Positions 1 to 11,184 of a DNA stretch of 64,000 bases are shown one piece after another. The notes under the pieces are model-generated. The model was not told where the DNA came from and did no database searches. It worked only from the letters and a program-made list of their open reading frames with translations. This DNA comes from Neophaeotheca triangularis (taxonomy: Eukaryota): positions 620,001 through 684,000 of the forward strand of contig BAAIJX010000008.1 in assembly GCA_054600435.1 (NCBI GenBank), in the 5' to 3' direction. Every line of letters begins with the position of its first letter. Within the stretch, counting starts at the first letter, position 1. The translations under genes were made by a program, and so were the position numbers.

Positions 1-544
1 GCTGTCGCCCGCGACGCCCTTCTCTTTGCGCGCTGCCGCGTCGCGGGCGTCCTTGGCTTCCTTTTTCTTACGCTGTTTCTCCTGCTTCTTATTAAGGCAG
101 CCTTCGATGTGCTTGGGCATGACATGCTTGCTGACGGCGCGCTTGCAGTGGTTGCATTTCAGGATCTCGGGCTTGTCGGACATGGGCCGGTTGGTGGGAA
201 AGGCTTTAGCGATATTGGAAGGGATTTTATTGACTAGAGATGTGGTGCGAGCGGTTTTTGGGACCTTGTTGCCAGTGACTTCCGAGTCCCAGTTGCCGGG
301 GTTCTTTACTTTGGGAAGGCTCTTGAGGACATCCTCCTTGAGCGCGATTGGACCGTCGCGCAGGTCGTCGAATACGCCTGATATTTCATCGCTACCTCGT
401 TTCGTCCCAGCGACGGGGGCGGGTGCTGCGAGCGGGAGGGTCAGTAGGGTCTCTTGAGGTAGCCTGGGGTGTGCTTCTGTGGGCTGGGTCCCATTGACGA
501 GGGGTTGCAGGCTTACTCTTGCGACTGGTGCCGTTTGGCGCCAT
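1..544 (-). CDS. SGF73: SAGA deubiquitination-module subunit Sgf73/ataxin-7 homolog, 5' part (runs off the window start)
   Basis: Not in the ORF track. ATG at 544, exon 1 517-544, intron 426-516 (GTAAGC..CTGAC..CAG), exon 2 open to position 1. Translation contains FPTNRPM..ILKCNHCKRAVSKHVMPKHIEGCLNKKQEKQRKKKEAKD, the C-x2-C..H-x3-C zinc finger plus basic helix of the fungal Sgf73 N-terminus. Confidence 0.8.
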
Positions 545-591
545 GTTGCTGTTGTTTCTATGTCTTCACACGCAGTTGATATACAAATTAG

Positions 592-620
592 GGAGAGAGT
601 GACAGAGAGAGAGAGAGAGT
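592..620. repeat. (AG)n microsatellite in the short bidirectional promoter between SGF73 and TTI1
   Basis: gagagagtgacagagagagagagagagt read directly. Confidence 0.85.
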
Positions 621-894
621 GTCACAACGCGACAGCACTCGGGCATGTGAAGGTGTCGGGTCGACGTGGGCAGCTGCTTAAGTCCACGCTTAATCCCGCG
701 CTAGGACTTAACATCGTCCTTTCCTATTCGGGCAATCTTCGCCTGAGGCATCTTTCACTTCACCATCTGCCTTCGCCAAGAGAAGCACAACGTCCCATTC
801 ACATGATCTCAATAAGAAGAGCACAAACTTGCAAGTCACCCGCCGACAATGCCTGGATAAAGGCTTTCCAGGAGTTCATGGATCCGCCGACAGT

Positions 895-3800
895 ATGCCT
901 CTCCTGACTTCTAGCACCGAAGATCGCAACGCCATCTTTCAACACCTGAAGCCACCGTGCGTGGGTCTCAGCCAGGCAGCCTTGTCCTTGAGCAGCCACA
1001 GACCGAATATTTTGAGCGTGACGGGGCGCCTCGAAGGTCTTCTCGACACTTTAGAAGTTTTAACGAAAGATCGAAACAGCTTGGACCTCAAACTCGCCGA
1101 TTATGCCTTCTTTCCTCTTTCGCAGGTTCTCAAAAACAGCCAGAAACTGTCGATACGGCCATTGGAGCTGACGCTACAATGCCTGTCTATCTTGATCCAG
1201 TATGGCTGGGGCTCGAATATCCAACACCAGCTGGCTGGTCAGCTTCTCATCCTGTGCACTCTTATGGCCGACAAAAAACCCCAAGGACTAGGTTTCCAAC
1301 GCTCCTCCGATGAACTTCAACTAGCTGCGGTCAACTGTTTACGCCATCTTTTTGAACATCTCGTAGGCACCTCGGAAGGTCGACAGGTCTTCATTGGAGA
1401 TGCGAGCGTACCTCAACTGGGGCAGACTCTTACGGTTATCCTGGAAACAATCGAACAAGGGCCATCTGCTGAGCTGCAACGTTCCGCTTCGACGGCACTT
1501 GCCGGACTATTTAATTGCATCGATGATCGCGAGTTACTCGCAACGTTTCTTCCCGGCATAGTCTCAAAACTTACATCCGTTCTCAAGCCTCAGACAAAGC
1601 AAAGACGAAATCACGAGGTTCTGGTTGACTGCTTAAACACCCTAAAATCCCTCCTTGGATCGCTGCTCAACGATGATGCTACGGCGTCTGTGCGAGCCAA
1701 GGGCCCCATCGTCGAACACTTTCGAACGGCAACTTCTAAACGCTCTGTGATCGATGTTACATGGCTAGAGACTGCAGCCACGAAGCTCAAGCCTGCTCTG
1801 GCTAACGCAATGCACTTGAAGGACCACTCACGCAATGATGTGAGGCAAAGCTTGGGCGAAATGTGTCTTGTACTGCTCTCAGAATGTATAGCTACGCTAG
1901 CCAACGTCTCTACTATGGCTGCTGAGGTCTTGATCATTCTTGTATCAGAAGCCGAAGAGACGTCTTTGAAGGACAAGATCGTCGCGCTTGCTCAAACGAA
2001 ACCTTCTTTCAGTGCAGTCGTGCAGGAGATGCTACACGAATGGCTTCATTCTCTCACCCACACAATGCAATCGGCTGACGAAGCTGCTAAGGTCCAGCGT
2101 ATGCGGCAGATCAGCATAACGCGCGGCATACTTGTCGAGAGTGGCGCAGAAACAACTACTATAGATCGTGCAATGGCTGGCGGCCTGCGCGATAGTGTAG
2201 TCATTACCCTACAGCTGCCCCGAGGACCCTCCCATCCGTCAGCGTTGGTGTCGCCGATTCAGTCTCTTGATCTGGCTACCCTGGAGCACAATGAAATATG
2301 CGAAGACTTCGAGTCGCCTCTCGCAAGTTACCGAGGGCAGGAAGACATCTTAAACCAGCTCGAAAAGACTGTGGCCGAGATGGGAAGAACCGGTTCATGG
2401 TCGGTTTTTGCAGCGGACCTCACACGTGCTTTGCACAACTCGGCAGGCGAAACACAGATTGCGAACTTTTGGTTGTTATATCTCGCTACAAAGCAAGCAC
2501 TGCAACCCAGAGATGATGTCAGCAACTGGATCGACTTTGGTGGCCCTTCGGAACAGTATACAGCGAGCCTAGAAGACCTCTATGCTTTCGCTCTGTCAAT
2601 TCTCACTGACGTCTCGGAAGAAGCCATTGACTCGAGGATGCAAGCATTAGCACTCCGTACCTTGGCTCTGCGAGCAGAAACAGCAGGCCAAGAATTCCGC
2701 GGTGAGCTCATGGAAGCACTCTATCCGGTACTGCACACCCTCGCTACGCCCGACGAGCGCCTGCAAAGAGACAGTATAACGACTCTCAACATCTTCACAG
2801 CTGCTTGCGGCTACGCGGATGCCAAGAGCTTGATCGTCGAGAATGCGGATTATCTCACCAACGCCGTGGCGCTTAAGCTGAATGCTTTCGACGTCAGCCC
2901 TCAAGCACCTCAAGTACTGCTCATGATGGTGCGTCTGGCTGGGCCCAGTCTTTTACCCTACCTTGATGACACCGTGGGTAGCATCTTCGCCGCACTGGAG
3001 AACTATCATGGTTATTCTCTGCTGGTTGAGTTGTTGTTCCGAGTGCTCAGCGTCATGGCCGAGGAGGGCGTCAAAGCACCTCAGCTGGCGATCGAGGATA
3101 AACCTAGGAAGCAGGTTGTGGACATTGAGAAGGAATGGTGCCGGCCGATGGATCTCGCGACTTTAGGCGTGCGGCTCAAGGAAAAGGCTGGAGAGCGGAA
3201 GGAGTCTGAGCAGGATGAAGTGAAAGTAGAAAAAGGCTCACACCCGGAGAAGCCCTGGGGTAAGCCTAAAGAACCAGAGCAAGCGAACGCCGGAGACAAA
3301 CAAGAAGAAGAGGAAGAAATGATGCACAAGCACGACCAGCAGGTCGACGATGCAGAGCCGCCACCACCAGCACCAAAAGTCTACAATCTGCTGGTCCAGA
3401 TCACAGAGCTCACGCAACACTTCCTACCTTCAGCCTCCCCGTCTCTCCGAGCGTCCTTGCTCTCCCTTATCAAAACAACCACACCCGCTATAGCGAAACA
3501 CGAAAACACCTTTCTACCGCTCATCAACACCCTTTGGCCGGAGATCGTGTCGCGCCTCGACGACCCGGAACCACACGTCGTAGCAACAGCTCTCAACATC
3601 ATTGCCGAGCTTTGCGAATACGCAGGCGACTTCATGCGAGGCCGGATCCTACAACTATGGCCCGCTCTGGTGGAAATGCACTCTCACATTGCGAAAGACA
3701 TCCTGCTCGCCCATCCCTCCGGCAAGCAACCCGACTCCTCGTCACGCTCACAGCAGAGCGCCGCATTAGCGATTACGGGGCCCAATCTCAAGAAAGCCGT

Positions 3801-4101
3801 AGCTCGCATGCAAGCGGCGCCGGCGGATTATCTCAATACTTCTGCGAGATTGCTCTGGGAAGCTTTTGTAGCCATGCTGACGACGGTTGTTCGTCGGGTG
3901 CCATTGTCGTGGGAGGCTTTTGATCAGGTTCTGGAGATGCTTGAGCCGCTTCTTGATGCAGCGGATGTTCGGGAGGTGCTGGAGGCCGAGAATGCCGATG
4001 CGGTGTGGTTTGTTAGGTTGAGGTCTGGCGTTATCTCCCCGCCTGCGATGCCCACATTTCCAGCTGGAAGCACCTGGAAGTTCGCCAGTATCGCAGGTTG
4101 A
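895..4101 (+). CDS. TTI1: TEL2-interacting protein 1 (TTT complex, HEAT repeats)
   Basis: About 1070 aa helical ORF with FQHLKPPCV, LADYAFFPL, FLPGIVSKL and LIVENADYLTNAVALKLN motifs typical of fungal Tti1. First in-frame ATG is at 895; the ORF-track start at 829 is TTG. Confidence 0.85.
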   Translation: MPLLTSSTEDRNAIFQHLKPPCVGLSQAALSLSSHRPNILSVTGRLEGLLDTLEVLTKDRNSLDLKLADYAFFPLSQVLKNSQKLSIRPLELTLQCLSILIQYGWGSNIQHQLAGQLLILCTLMADKKPQGLGFQRSSDELQLAAVNCLRHLFEHLVGTSEGRQVFIGDASVPQLGQTLTVILETIEQGPSAELQRSASTALAGLFNCIDDRELLATFLPGIVSKLTSVLKPQTKQRRNHEVLVDCLNTLKSLLGSLLNDDATASVRAKGPIVEHFRTATSKRSVIDVTWLETAATKLKPALANAMHLKDHSRNDVRQSLGEMCLVLLSECIATLANVSTMAAEVLIILVSEAEETSLKDKIVALAQTKPSFSAVVQEMLHEWLHSLTHTMQSADEAAKVQRMRQISITRGILVESGAETTTIDRAMAGGLRDSVVITLQLPRGPSHPSALVSPIQSLDLATLEHNEICEDFESPLASYRGQEDILNQLEKTVAEMGRTGSWSVFAADLTRALHNSAGETQIANFWLLYLATKQALQPRDDVSNWIDFGGPSEQYTASLEDLYAFALSILTDVSEEAIDSRMQALALRTLALRAETAGQEFRGELMEALYPVLHTLATPDERLQRDSITTLNIFTAACGYADAKSLIVENADYLTNAVALKLNAFDVSPQAPQVLLMMVRLAGPSLLPYLDDTVGSIFAALENYHGYSLLVELLFRVLSVMAEEGVKAPQLAIEDKPRKQVVDIEKEWCRPMDLATLGVRLKEKAGERKESEQDEVKVEKGSHPEKPWGKPKEPEQANAGDKQEEEEEMMHKHDQQVDDAEPPPPAPKVYNLLVQITELTQHFLPSASPSLRASLLSLIKTTTPAIAKHENTFLPLINTLWPEIVSRLDDPEPHVVATALNIIAELCEYAGDFMRGRILQLWPALVEMHSHIAKDILLAHPSGKQPDSSSRSQQSAALAITGPNLKKAVARMQAAPADYLNTSARLLWEAFVAMLTTVVRRVPLSWEAFDQVLEMLEPLLDAADVREVLEAENADAVWFVRLRSGVISPPAMPTFPAGSTWKFASIAG

Positions 4102-4507
4102 GGTACCGGGGGAGGAGTACTAGGAGGTACTGAGAGTACTTGAGGTCTGAAGTTGGTCTCCACGTGCGCCCCACTGTGACCTCTGCTGAGACCCACTGTT
4201 CCCCGCAACGAGCGGCTTCGGGATAATTCTGGGCGATGCATGGACAAGACATCAAGGCGACGGAATAACTCCCTCTTATTATGCGACGCAGTGACTGCAG
4301 GAAAAGAAGAGGGGAGAAGCTAAACGTCGGATAAACCGGTGCGATGCCTCATTTCTTCCAAAGACAGTGGGGAACTTCGATTCATTCCCGCTCGAGCGGA
4401 GCAACGACTAGACCCACCCGATCAAAAGATATAACAAGCAACCCCAAGCCCTCTCTCCCCGACGATCTTGTACAAGCAAAGCCTCGTCGCGATCCAATCT
4501 AGCCAAA

Positions 4508-5362
4508 ATGCACTTCACCAAATCCTTCCTCCCTCTTCTTGCCTCGGCGACCCTAGCCACAGCCCTCCCGAAAGACAACGATATTCACCATGACGACCGC
4601 TACTGGAACAAGCATCCAGGCAAGCACCACGGTCCAGGCCGCCCCGACCACCACCGTCCCAATCCCTGGGACTCACCCGCCTACTTTCTTCTCGCAGGCG
4701 ACAGCACCACCGCCCCCCAAACCACCGGCGGCGGCGGCTGGGGCAACGGCTTCCTAAACACGACTTTGCGCTCGCCAGCCTCGGGCCGCAACCTCGGCGT
4801 CAACGGCCGCACAACCGCCTCCTTCGTCTCCGACGGCTACTGGGCGGACCTCCTAGCCCTCTCCCAAAACCACTCAGAAACAGACTCCGTCTACGTAACC
4901 ATCCAATTCGGCCACAACGACCAAAAACCCGACCGCAACGTCTCCCTAACCGACTACGCCACCAACCTCCTCTCTCTCGCCACGGAAGCAGCCGCCACAG
5001 GCGCCGAGCCCATCCTCCTCACCCCCCTCACCCGCCGCACTTTCACAAACACCGAACCCCCTCGCATCATCGAATCCCTGGCCAACGAAACCCGCATCAC
5101 GCGGGAAGTCGCCGAGAGCAATGGCATCCGCTGGATCGACCTCAACCAGGCTTCAACCGACTACTGCAACGCCATTGGCCCGGAAGCCGCGCACGCTTAC
5201 AATCTGGCGCCGGACGACAACACGCATTTGAACGAGTGGGGGTCGGTGGTGTTCGGTCGCATGGTTAGTGATTTGCTCGTGGCCAAGTATGGGGATATTA
5301 GGTTTTGGACGCGGCCGGATCGGAAGCTGAGCTGGAAGATTGGGAAGGGGGTGGCGGCTTAG
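4508..5362 (+). CDS. Secreted SGNH/GDSL esterase, rhamnogalacturonan acetylesterase-like (CE12)
   Basis: Signal peptide MHFTKSFLPLLASATLATA; SGNH blocks LAGDSTT, GGGWG, NGRTT, IQFGHNDQK and DNTH. Confidence 0.9.
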   Translation: MHFTKSFLPLLASATLATALPKDNDIHHDDRYWNKHPGKHHGPGRPDHHRPNPWDSPAYFLLAGDSTTAPQTTGGGGWGNGFLNTTLRSPASGRNLGVNGRTTASFVSDGYWADLLALSQNHSETDSVYVTIQFGHNDQKPDRNVSLTDYATNLLSLATEAAATGAEPILLTPLTRRTFTNTEPPRIIESLANETRITREVAESNGIRWIDLNQASTDYCNAIGPEAAHAYNLAPDDNTHLNEWGSVVFGRMVSDLLVAKYGDIRFWTRPDRKLSWKIGKGVAA

Positions 5363-5535
5363 AAGAGAAGGGGGCCAGAGGGGTCGGGATTGCCAAGGGG
5401 GTTTGGAGGAAGGAAATGGTCTAGATAGGTTGAAGAATCTGCTAGATCAATGTACGAAGAAGCGAAGCCCAGCCTTGTAGACGCATAGACAGCAAGGGTA
5501 AACCAATCCCGCAATCCCAACTATCCAGTTTCCCT

Positions 5536-8202
5536 CTACCTACTCTGCTCAACCCGCCGCCTTTCCTCGCTCCGAAGCAACCCCCCCTCTTCCTCCCTCC
5601 CCTCCCGTTCCTCTCTTAGCCTCCCTCCTCCTACCTCCCCCTCTCCCCTTTTCCCACTATGATCCTCCTCATCAAAAACCCCCCACAAATCCTTCTTGCT
5701 CATCAAACCCGCCAAAAAACTCCCCTTAGCGGTGAGAAACACGATTGTCAAGCCGAGTTTTTGGAACAGGGCATTGCACATTTGTAAGCTGGAACGTTGG
5801 GACAGGGTTATGGGGGTTTGATCCATCCAAAAATGGAGGTCGAGGTTTGGGGGGGTCGTCGTGGTGGTGGTGGTGGTGGTGGTGGTGGTGGTGGGAGGGA
5901 GGAAGGAACAGGGCGTTGAGGGGGCGAGACCTCGCGTCGTGGCTGCGGAGAGCGCGTAGCTGAGCGATGGGTGCGAAATGTAGCCTAGCAGCACTGGATT
6001 GGCCGGGGAGGTGATGACGGGGTAGCCGCGATAGGGATAGGAGTGGAGGAGCTGTTGCAGGGACGCTATCGTGTGCGTGGTCGCCGTGGTCGGCAAGCAA
6101 ACGAGGTCTTCGTAGCGGGTCATCAGACGCGAAACTTCAATGTCCGGGATCGCAGCGGGCTCGTCCTTGTTCTCGAGGTACGGGTATCCGGCGAAGTGGA
6201 TCCAGGACTCGTAGATGCCGCGGGTGCCGAAAGCGTCGCCGACCCATTTGCTGATCATGACGGCTATCATGATAGGCAGCACGTCCGTCAGCGCGCCCGT
6301 AAGCTCGAACATGATGACCACGATGGAGACAGTCATGCGGGTTGCGCCGGCGAGAGTGGCGGCGGCGCCAATGACGGCGTAGGTGCCTGGGGTAACGCAG
6401 GGCACGTCGGGCTCGCAGGTCGCGAAGAGGAGGGATGTCGGGTGTTCGCGCTGCCAGACTTCGATTATGAGGCCGATGGCACGGCCGTAGAGGGCGCCGA
6501 TTGCCATGGAGGGGAGCAGGATGCCCGCGGGAATTTGTAGGCCAAAGGTTAGCGTCGCGAGGAAGAAGCCTAGTAGACTGGAGATAAGGAGGATGAAGAT
6601 GACGCCGGTGTTGGCTACGCCGCTGCGGCAGAGATTGAGGCTGTCCGAGGTGAGGTCCATGCATTCGGCAAAAAGGTATTCCACTAGTTCGCTGGACTGG
6701 GCGCGTAAGAAGGTGATGGGGTAGCTTATCAGAGATGTCGCCAGTGCTACAACGGCCACTTCAACGACAGGGTGCATGGCCAGGAAGGTGCGTCTCGCTC
6801 GCCAGCGTGCGATGAACATGTTGAGTTTGATGAACATTGCGCCGTAAAGACCGCCGAGCACGCCTATGACGGCGAATGGCACGAGTTCGAAAGCGTGCCA
6901 GCCGCTGTGAAATGTGACCTGGTAGAGCACCAGCTCGCCTGTCCGAAAAGGGTCAAAGGCCTGTAGCGTCACAGCCGCAATCATGGCGCATACAAACGAC
7001 GCCCACATAGTCTTGTCGGGAAAGTAGTAGCTCAACTGCTCCAGACTGAACAGCACACCCCCAATGGGCGCGCCAAAAGCCACCGAGATACCCGAAGCAG
7101 CAGCCGCCGAGAGCGTCTCCCGCTTCCGCGCCTCATTCCCAGCAATACCGTCAAAAGGCTTCATGAAAAGGTTAGCGCAACAGCAAGCAACGTGGACCAA
7201 CGGGCCCTCCTTGCCCAACCACATCCCCGAAGCCACAGCCAGACAAAGCCCCAAACTCTTCACCACCAACACCCACCCGCCCATGAACCTCCTAATCACA
7301 AACCCCCCCAACACAGTCTTAATCTCCGGAATCCCACTCTGCTTGGCATAAAGCGCATAGCGATTCACCAACCCACTCGCCGCCGTCGCAAACCCCACAC
7401 TCAGCACCACAAAACCCACATATTCCACCACCCACCCACCCACACCCCCGTCAAACCCCACCAACGCCCCCCAGCTCTTCCAATCCTCACACCCCTCCCC
7501 AGTGCCCTCAACCCCCCAACAACAAAACCCCCTATTCAACCACCACCGCCCCCCAGCTCGAGTACCAGCACAAACCCCGCCCTTCAAATCCCCCAACCAG
7601 TCGCTCACGACATCGATAAAAGCCGCGATGCCGCCTACGGCGATCCCCGTCAGCACTAGCACGATCCATGCCTGGCTGGCGTCCCAGGCTAGGCGTGTTT
7701 GGCCCCGGAGGCCGGAGGAGGTGCTGGTGAGTGCCGAGATGCGTGCGCGCTCTTTGCCGTATTCGTGGATCCAGTCGATGGCTGTGAGGTCTGCGTAGGC
7801 GACGCGGCGGGCAGGGTCGCGGGTGGTCCAGTCGGCTGGGGTTGGGTGGGTTCTTGGGGTGCTGTTGGAGGCGTTGGTCCCGTTGTTGCTGTCGCTATGG
7901 TGTGGTGATGATGTAGCCCGGCGCTTAAAAGGCGCTGGAAGAAAGCGCGAAGCAAACGAGGGAGACTGTTGGGCGGCCGCTGGTGGTATCGCTTGCGTCA
8001 ACGGATCAGATGACAGTAATTCTTCTTCGCCAATGTCCAAGCCGTGCTCATCTTCCTCTTGCCATTCGTGGTTGTCATTGGTATTGTTGTCCTCCCGGCT
8101 GTGGTGGCCATGTTGCGCGCTGCCTGGCGAAGAGGACTCGGGGGTGTGCAGGCGCGGCGAAGGGACTGCGGGCGAGCGACTACTTGATGTGCTGGTGGAC
8201 AT
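5536..8202 (-). CDS. CLC-family chloride channel / Cl-/H+ exchanger with C-terminal CBS domains
   Basis: CLC signatures SGIPEIK, GKEGP, AFGAPIGGVLFSLE, GILLP and TRMTVS; intronless, 888 aa. Confidence 0.93.
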   Translation of the reverse strand: MSTSTSSSRSPAVPSPRLHTPESSSPGSAQHGHHSREDNNTNDNHEWQEEDEHGLDIGEEELLSSDPLTQAIPPAAAQQSPSFASRFLPAPFKRRATSSPHHSDSNNGTNASNSTPRTHPTPADWTTRDPARRVAYADLTAIDWIHEYGKERARISALTSTSSGLRGQTRLAWDASQAWIVLVLTGIAVGGIAAFIDVVSDWLGDLKGGVCAGTRAGGRWWLNRGFCCWGVEGTGEGCEDWKSWGALVGFDGGVGGWVVEYVGFVVLSVGFATAASGLVNRYALYAKQSGIPEIKTVLGGFVIRRFMGGWVLVVKSLGLCLAVASGMWLGKEGPLVHVACCCANLFMKPFDGIAGNEARKRETLSAAAASGISVAFGAPIGGVLFSLEQLSYYFPDKTMWASFVCAMIAAVTLQAFDPFRTGELVLYQVTFHSGWHAFELVPFAVIGVLGGLYGAMFIKLNMFIARWRARRTFLAMHPVVEVAVVALATSLISYPITFLRAQSSELVEYLFAECMDLTSDSLNLCRSGVANTGVIFILLISSLLGFFLATLTFGLQIPAGILLPSMAIGALYGRAIGLIIEVWQREHPTSLLFATCEPDVPCVTPGTYAVIGAAATLAGATRMTVSIVVIMFELTGALTDVLPIMIAVMISKWVGDAFGTRGIYESWIHFAGYPYLENKDEPAAIPDIEVSRLMTRYEDLVCLPTTATTHTIASLQQLLHSYPYRGYPVITSPANPVLLGYISHPSLSYALSAATTRGLAPSTPCSFLPPTTTTTTTTTTTTTPPNLDLHFWMDQTPITLSQRSSLQMCNALFQKLGLTIVFLTAKGSFLAGLMSKKDLWGVFDEEDHSGKRGEGEVGGGRLREEREGREEEGGLLRSEERRRVEQSR
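5861..5893. repeat. (GTG)11 trinucleotide repeat encoding poly-Thr in the CLC CBS linker
   Basis: Read directly; in frame on the minus strand as PPTTTTTTTTTTTTTPP. Confidence 0.9.
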
Positions 8203-8928
8203 GGATCATTGTGAGGGCACTAGTTTCCCATGGTTTAATATTTATTTAACGTTCAACATGTATGTTGCGATTGATGCGACAGCTGTTGGAGCTACGTGCT
8301 TATCGAAAGCTACCTTATCTGTTGATGCCTAAGGCCAACAGATTGCATCTGGGCCACTGCTCACTCGAGTGGACGGCGGCGTCATATAGCTCCTACAATC
8401 ACAGGGAAAGAGCAGCGTACATTTCATTTCCCACATTGAAAGTACTACGGCTGTGAACACATGATCTAAAAACATGAATGGAGCCAGTGGCACCGAGTAG
8501 AGCACAGAGGCATCATTTTAGACACCATGGGCTATATGATCTGAACTTGCGATCCATCGAAGCTTCCGCAATTTATTATCGCCGCCTGAGCAATATCTCT
8601 CCTCTCGTGAAATTGCGTCAATAGACCCAGCAAGCTTGACAGGACACTGCGGGCTGACTGGGCAGATTTTAAAGCCAGCACGGCGATAAAAGAGATGGCC
8701 TGGTATCAAATGTTTAGTCAATGCGCACCCTTGAGTCATGAAATCGGGGGTATTGATACCGCAAGTTTCCAGCCTCATTGCTTCGTACGCCTGTCCGTCC
8801 CTGCGAAAGGCGAGTGTACTTTGAGCGCAAGTACAGCCTAGCGCAGCAATGGCGATCCCCGTCAGGGTCGCATTCGGCAACCGTGGAATGTACGGTAATG
8901 TCTCTCCCTCGAAACCTTCTCACACCCC

Positions 8929-9981
8929 TCACGCCTCATCCTCACTGTCCTTCCTTTTCCGACTCCGCTTCTTCGGCTTCGGGCCCTCCTCACTATCACT
9001 CCCAACCTCCTTCTTCGCCTTTGAAGCCGGCGCGTCGGGGACTTTGCCGACAATCTCGGCCAAGAAATCGAAAGTCGGATCCGCATTGACCGCCTTTTTC
9101 ATGTGCTGACACAATATCCTCTTGCCGCCCTTTTGGCCTCCTCCACCCCCTTGGGCAGCGGGACCTCGAGCTTGCGCCGCCGCGCCTGAGACGAGTTTGA
9201 TCATGAAGAGCTCCAGCGCGCGGCTGACTACGTGGGGTGTCACTTGGGCGACTTTGCCAATGTCTTCGTCGGCTTGCATGATGCGCTTGATGCGGGCGAC
9301 GGGGAAGGAGGTTTTGAGGTCGACGCCAAGGGTGGCGTCTGAGGGGCCGCCTCCTTCGGTTTTGATGTGGGATTTGAAGTTTTCCGTCTTCATCTTTTGG
9401 AGGGGGGCGCTGAGTTCGGTGTGGAGTTCGGCGGGTGGCGGGGGAAGCGGTTGTTGCTGGAGTTGAGGTTGGTAATGGTGTTGGAACTGTGCTTGAGTTT
9501 GAGGGTGGCCGTTGGCTGATTGTAGGGGCATAGGTTGAGGTAATGAAGGCTGTGGATATTGTTGTGGTGGGAAGGGGGTTTGTTGTTCTTGTTGCACGGT
9601 CACTGTCTCTGGTATGTGCTGGTCGACTCCATTGTCCTCCCGTTTAATGTTCATGCGCCGAGTCGTCACTGGCATATTGTATTGCTGCGGCGCGAATTGC
9701 TGTGTGAAATGCTGCGCATACGAGGGCTCCTGTGGTATCGAAGTGGGTGTGTAATTTAATGAATTACTACCGTACACATTCCCGTAACCGCTTTGATAGT
9801 ACTGGCGCTGTTGCTGTTGTTGCTGTTGCTGTTGTTGTTGATAGGGATTAAAGCCTCCGTACTGCGGCGAAGCTAAGGGTGCTGAAAGATCTGGACTTTG
9901 CGGGCGGTATCCGGAGAGGTCTGGCGATTGCGGAGCGTAACCAGAAAGATCTGGGGATTGAGGTCGGTATGTCGACTCCAT
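8929..9981 (-). CDS. BUR6: Negative cofactor 2 alpha subunit (Bur6/DRAP1 histone fold) with long Gln/Pro-rich N-terminus
   Basis: Histone-fold motif FPVARIKRIMQADEDIGKVAQVTPHVVSRALELFM...FDFLAEIV. Confidence 0.85.
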   Translation of the reverse strand: MESTYRPQSPDLSGYAPQSPDLSGYRPQSPDLSAPLASPQYGGFNPYQQQQQQQQQQQRQYYQSGYGNVYGSNSLNYTPTSIPQEPSYAQHFTQQFAPQQYNMPVTTRRMNIKREDNGVDQHIPETVTVQQEQQTPFPPQQYPQPSLPQPMPLQSANGHPQTQAQFQHHYQPQLQQQPLPPPPAELHTELSAPLQKMKTENFKSHIKTEGGGPSDATLGVDLKTSFPVARIKRIMQADEDIGKVAQVTPHVVSRALELFMIKLVSGAAAQARGPAAQGGGGGQKGGKRILCQHMKKAVNADPTFDFLAEIVGKVPDAPASKAKKEVGSDSEEGPKPKKRSRKRKDSEDEA

Positions 9982-11184
9982 CTCGAGAGCTCAGGTAGGC
10001 AGGCAGGCAGGCACGTGAAAGAATGCGATGTACCACGGTAATTGATGGCGACTAGCTCGCTGCAAGAATGCCTGAATGCCTTGTCCTTCGAGTCAGGGTG
10101 GTGTATTGGGGAGCCAATTGAAATCCGACGGGAGATGCGCTGGATATAGAAGTCGAGGGTCAAAGCTCCCGCCCGTCCTTCTTGGGTAAGGTAAGGTAGG
10201 TATGTGGCGGAGGAAGGTGTGACGTCGAGGGTGAAAAACAAAGTTGGAAGGCGCTAGTGGTGGGGGGAGGTCGGAACCGAGTGTTGTGCTGCTGCAGGGA
10301 GGGGGGAGCTTAGGTTGCTTGCAAAAAGGGCGAGCTTTGGAGCTTTCGACGTTCCGGCGACAGCGTCCGCTTCTTATGCCCGATTTCAAAGGCCGTCGCG
10401 CCAGCCGTTTCGTAACGCACTTTTTTTCACGGCACGAGCCGCGAGTAAACAGCTGTTACTGGCCGGCGCTTTGTCGGTCAATGGATGTACCGGTCTAGTA
10501 CTACTTACTACTGCTACTACCTACTCTCGAATCACCTGCGACCTGCAACAGCCCACGTTTTGACCTCGAATCCCTTTTGTCCTTTGCCAGTAAACGATTA
10601 TGTCGTTTTTGTTGTGTACATGTTTTCATTGGCCGCTGGACTTAAAGCCTGCCATGTCACATCAATATTGACAGACAGCGATGAGCATCTTCGGCGAACA
10701 GGCGCAAAAGAGGGGCCGGTGTTTAAGAGGCTGACGAATGAGTAATTTTTGAAGCGCGTCGCGAACGTTCACAGACGCGCGCTCAATAATTATAGCAGAC
10801 AACACGGTCGCAATTCATGCCATACCTCTCCTCTCATATACTGTTGTTGTTACTACAGCATCGCTACACGAGCAATAGACGCGATAAGAGTAGGACTACG
10901 TCACGAACGAAACCTAAACTCCTCGCCTTTATACCGCGGGACGGCAAGGCCTAGAGGTAAAGGCAAACCTTACCTTTCCCTGTCTCCACCTAAACTCAAC
11001 GACATCGATAACAAGTACGGTTCTAATTGACACGATAACAAGAGATGCAAACCACGCTTGATCACAGACTTGGTATCTCATAGCTAAAAGCAACCCAAAA
11101 CTCCCTTGACTATCGTAGTCTCATAGCTTCTTCAGCAAGCCTCATCTCTTACCGCGCGGTTTTCACCACCTGTCCGGGGGTATC

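Noticed and set aside
829..894. ORF-track N-terminal extension of TTI1
   Set aside because: It starts at TTG and the sequence does not look conserved; the first ATG at 895 immediately precedes the recognisable domain.
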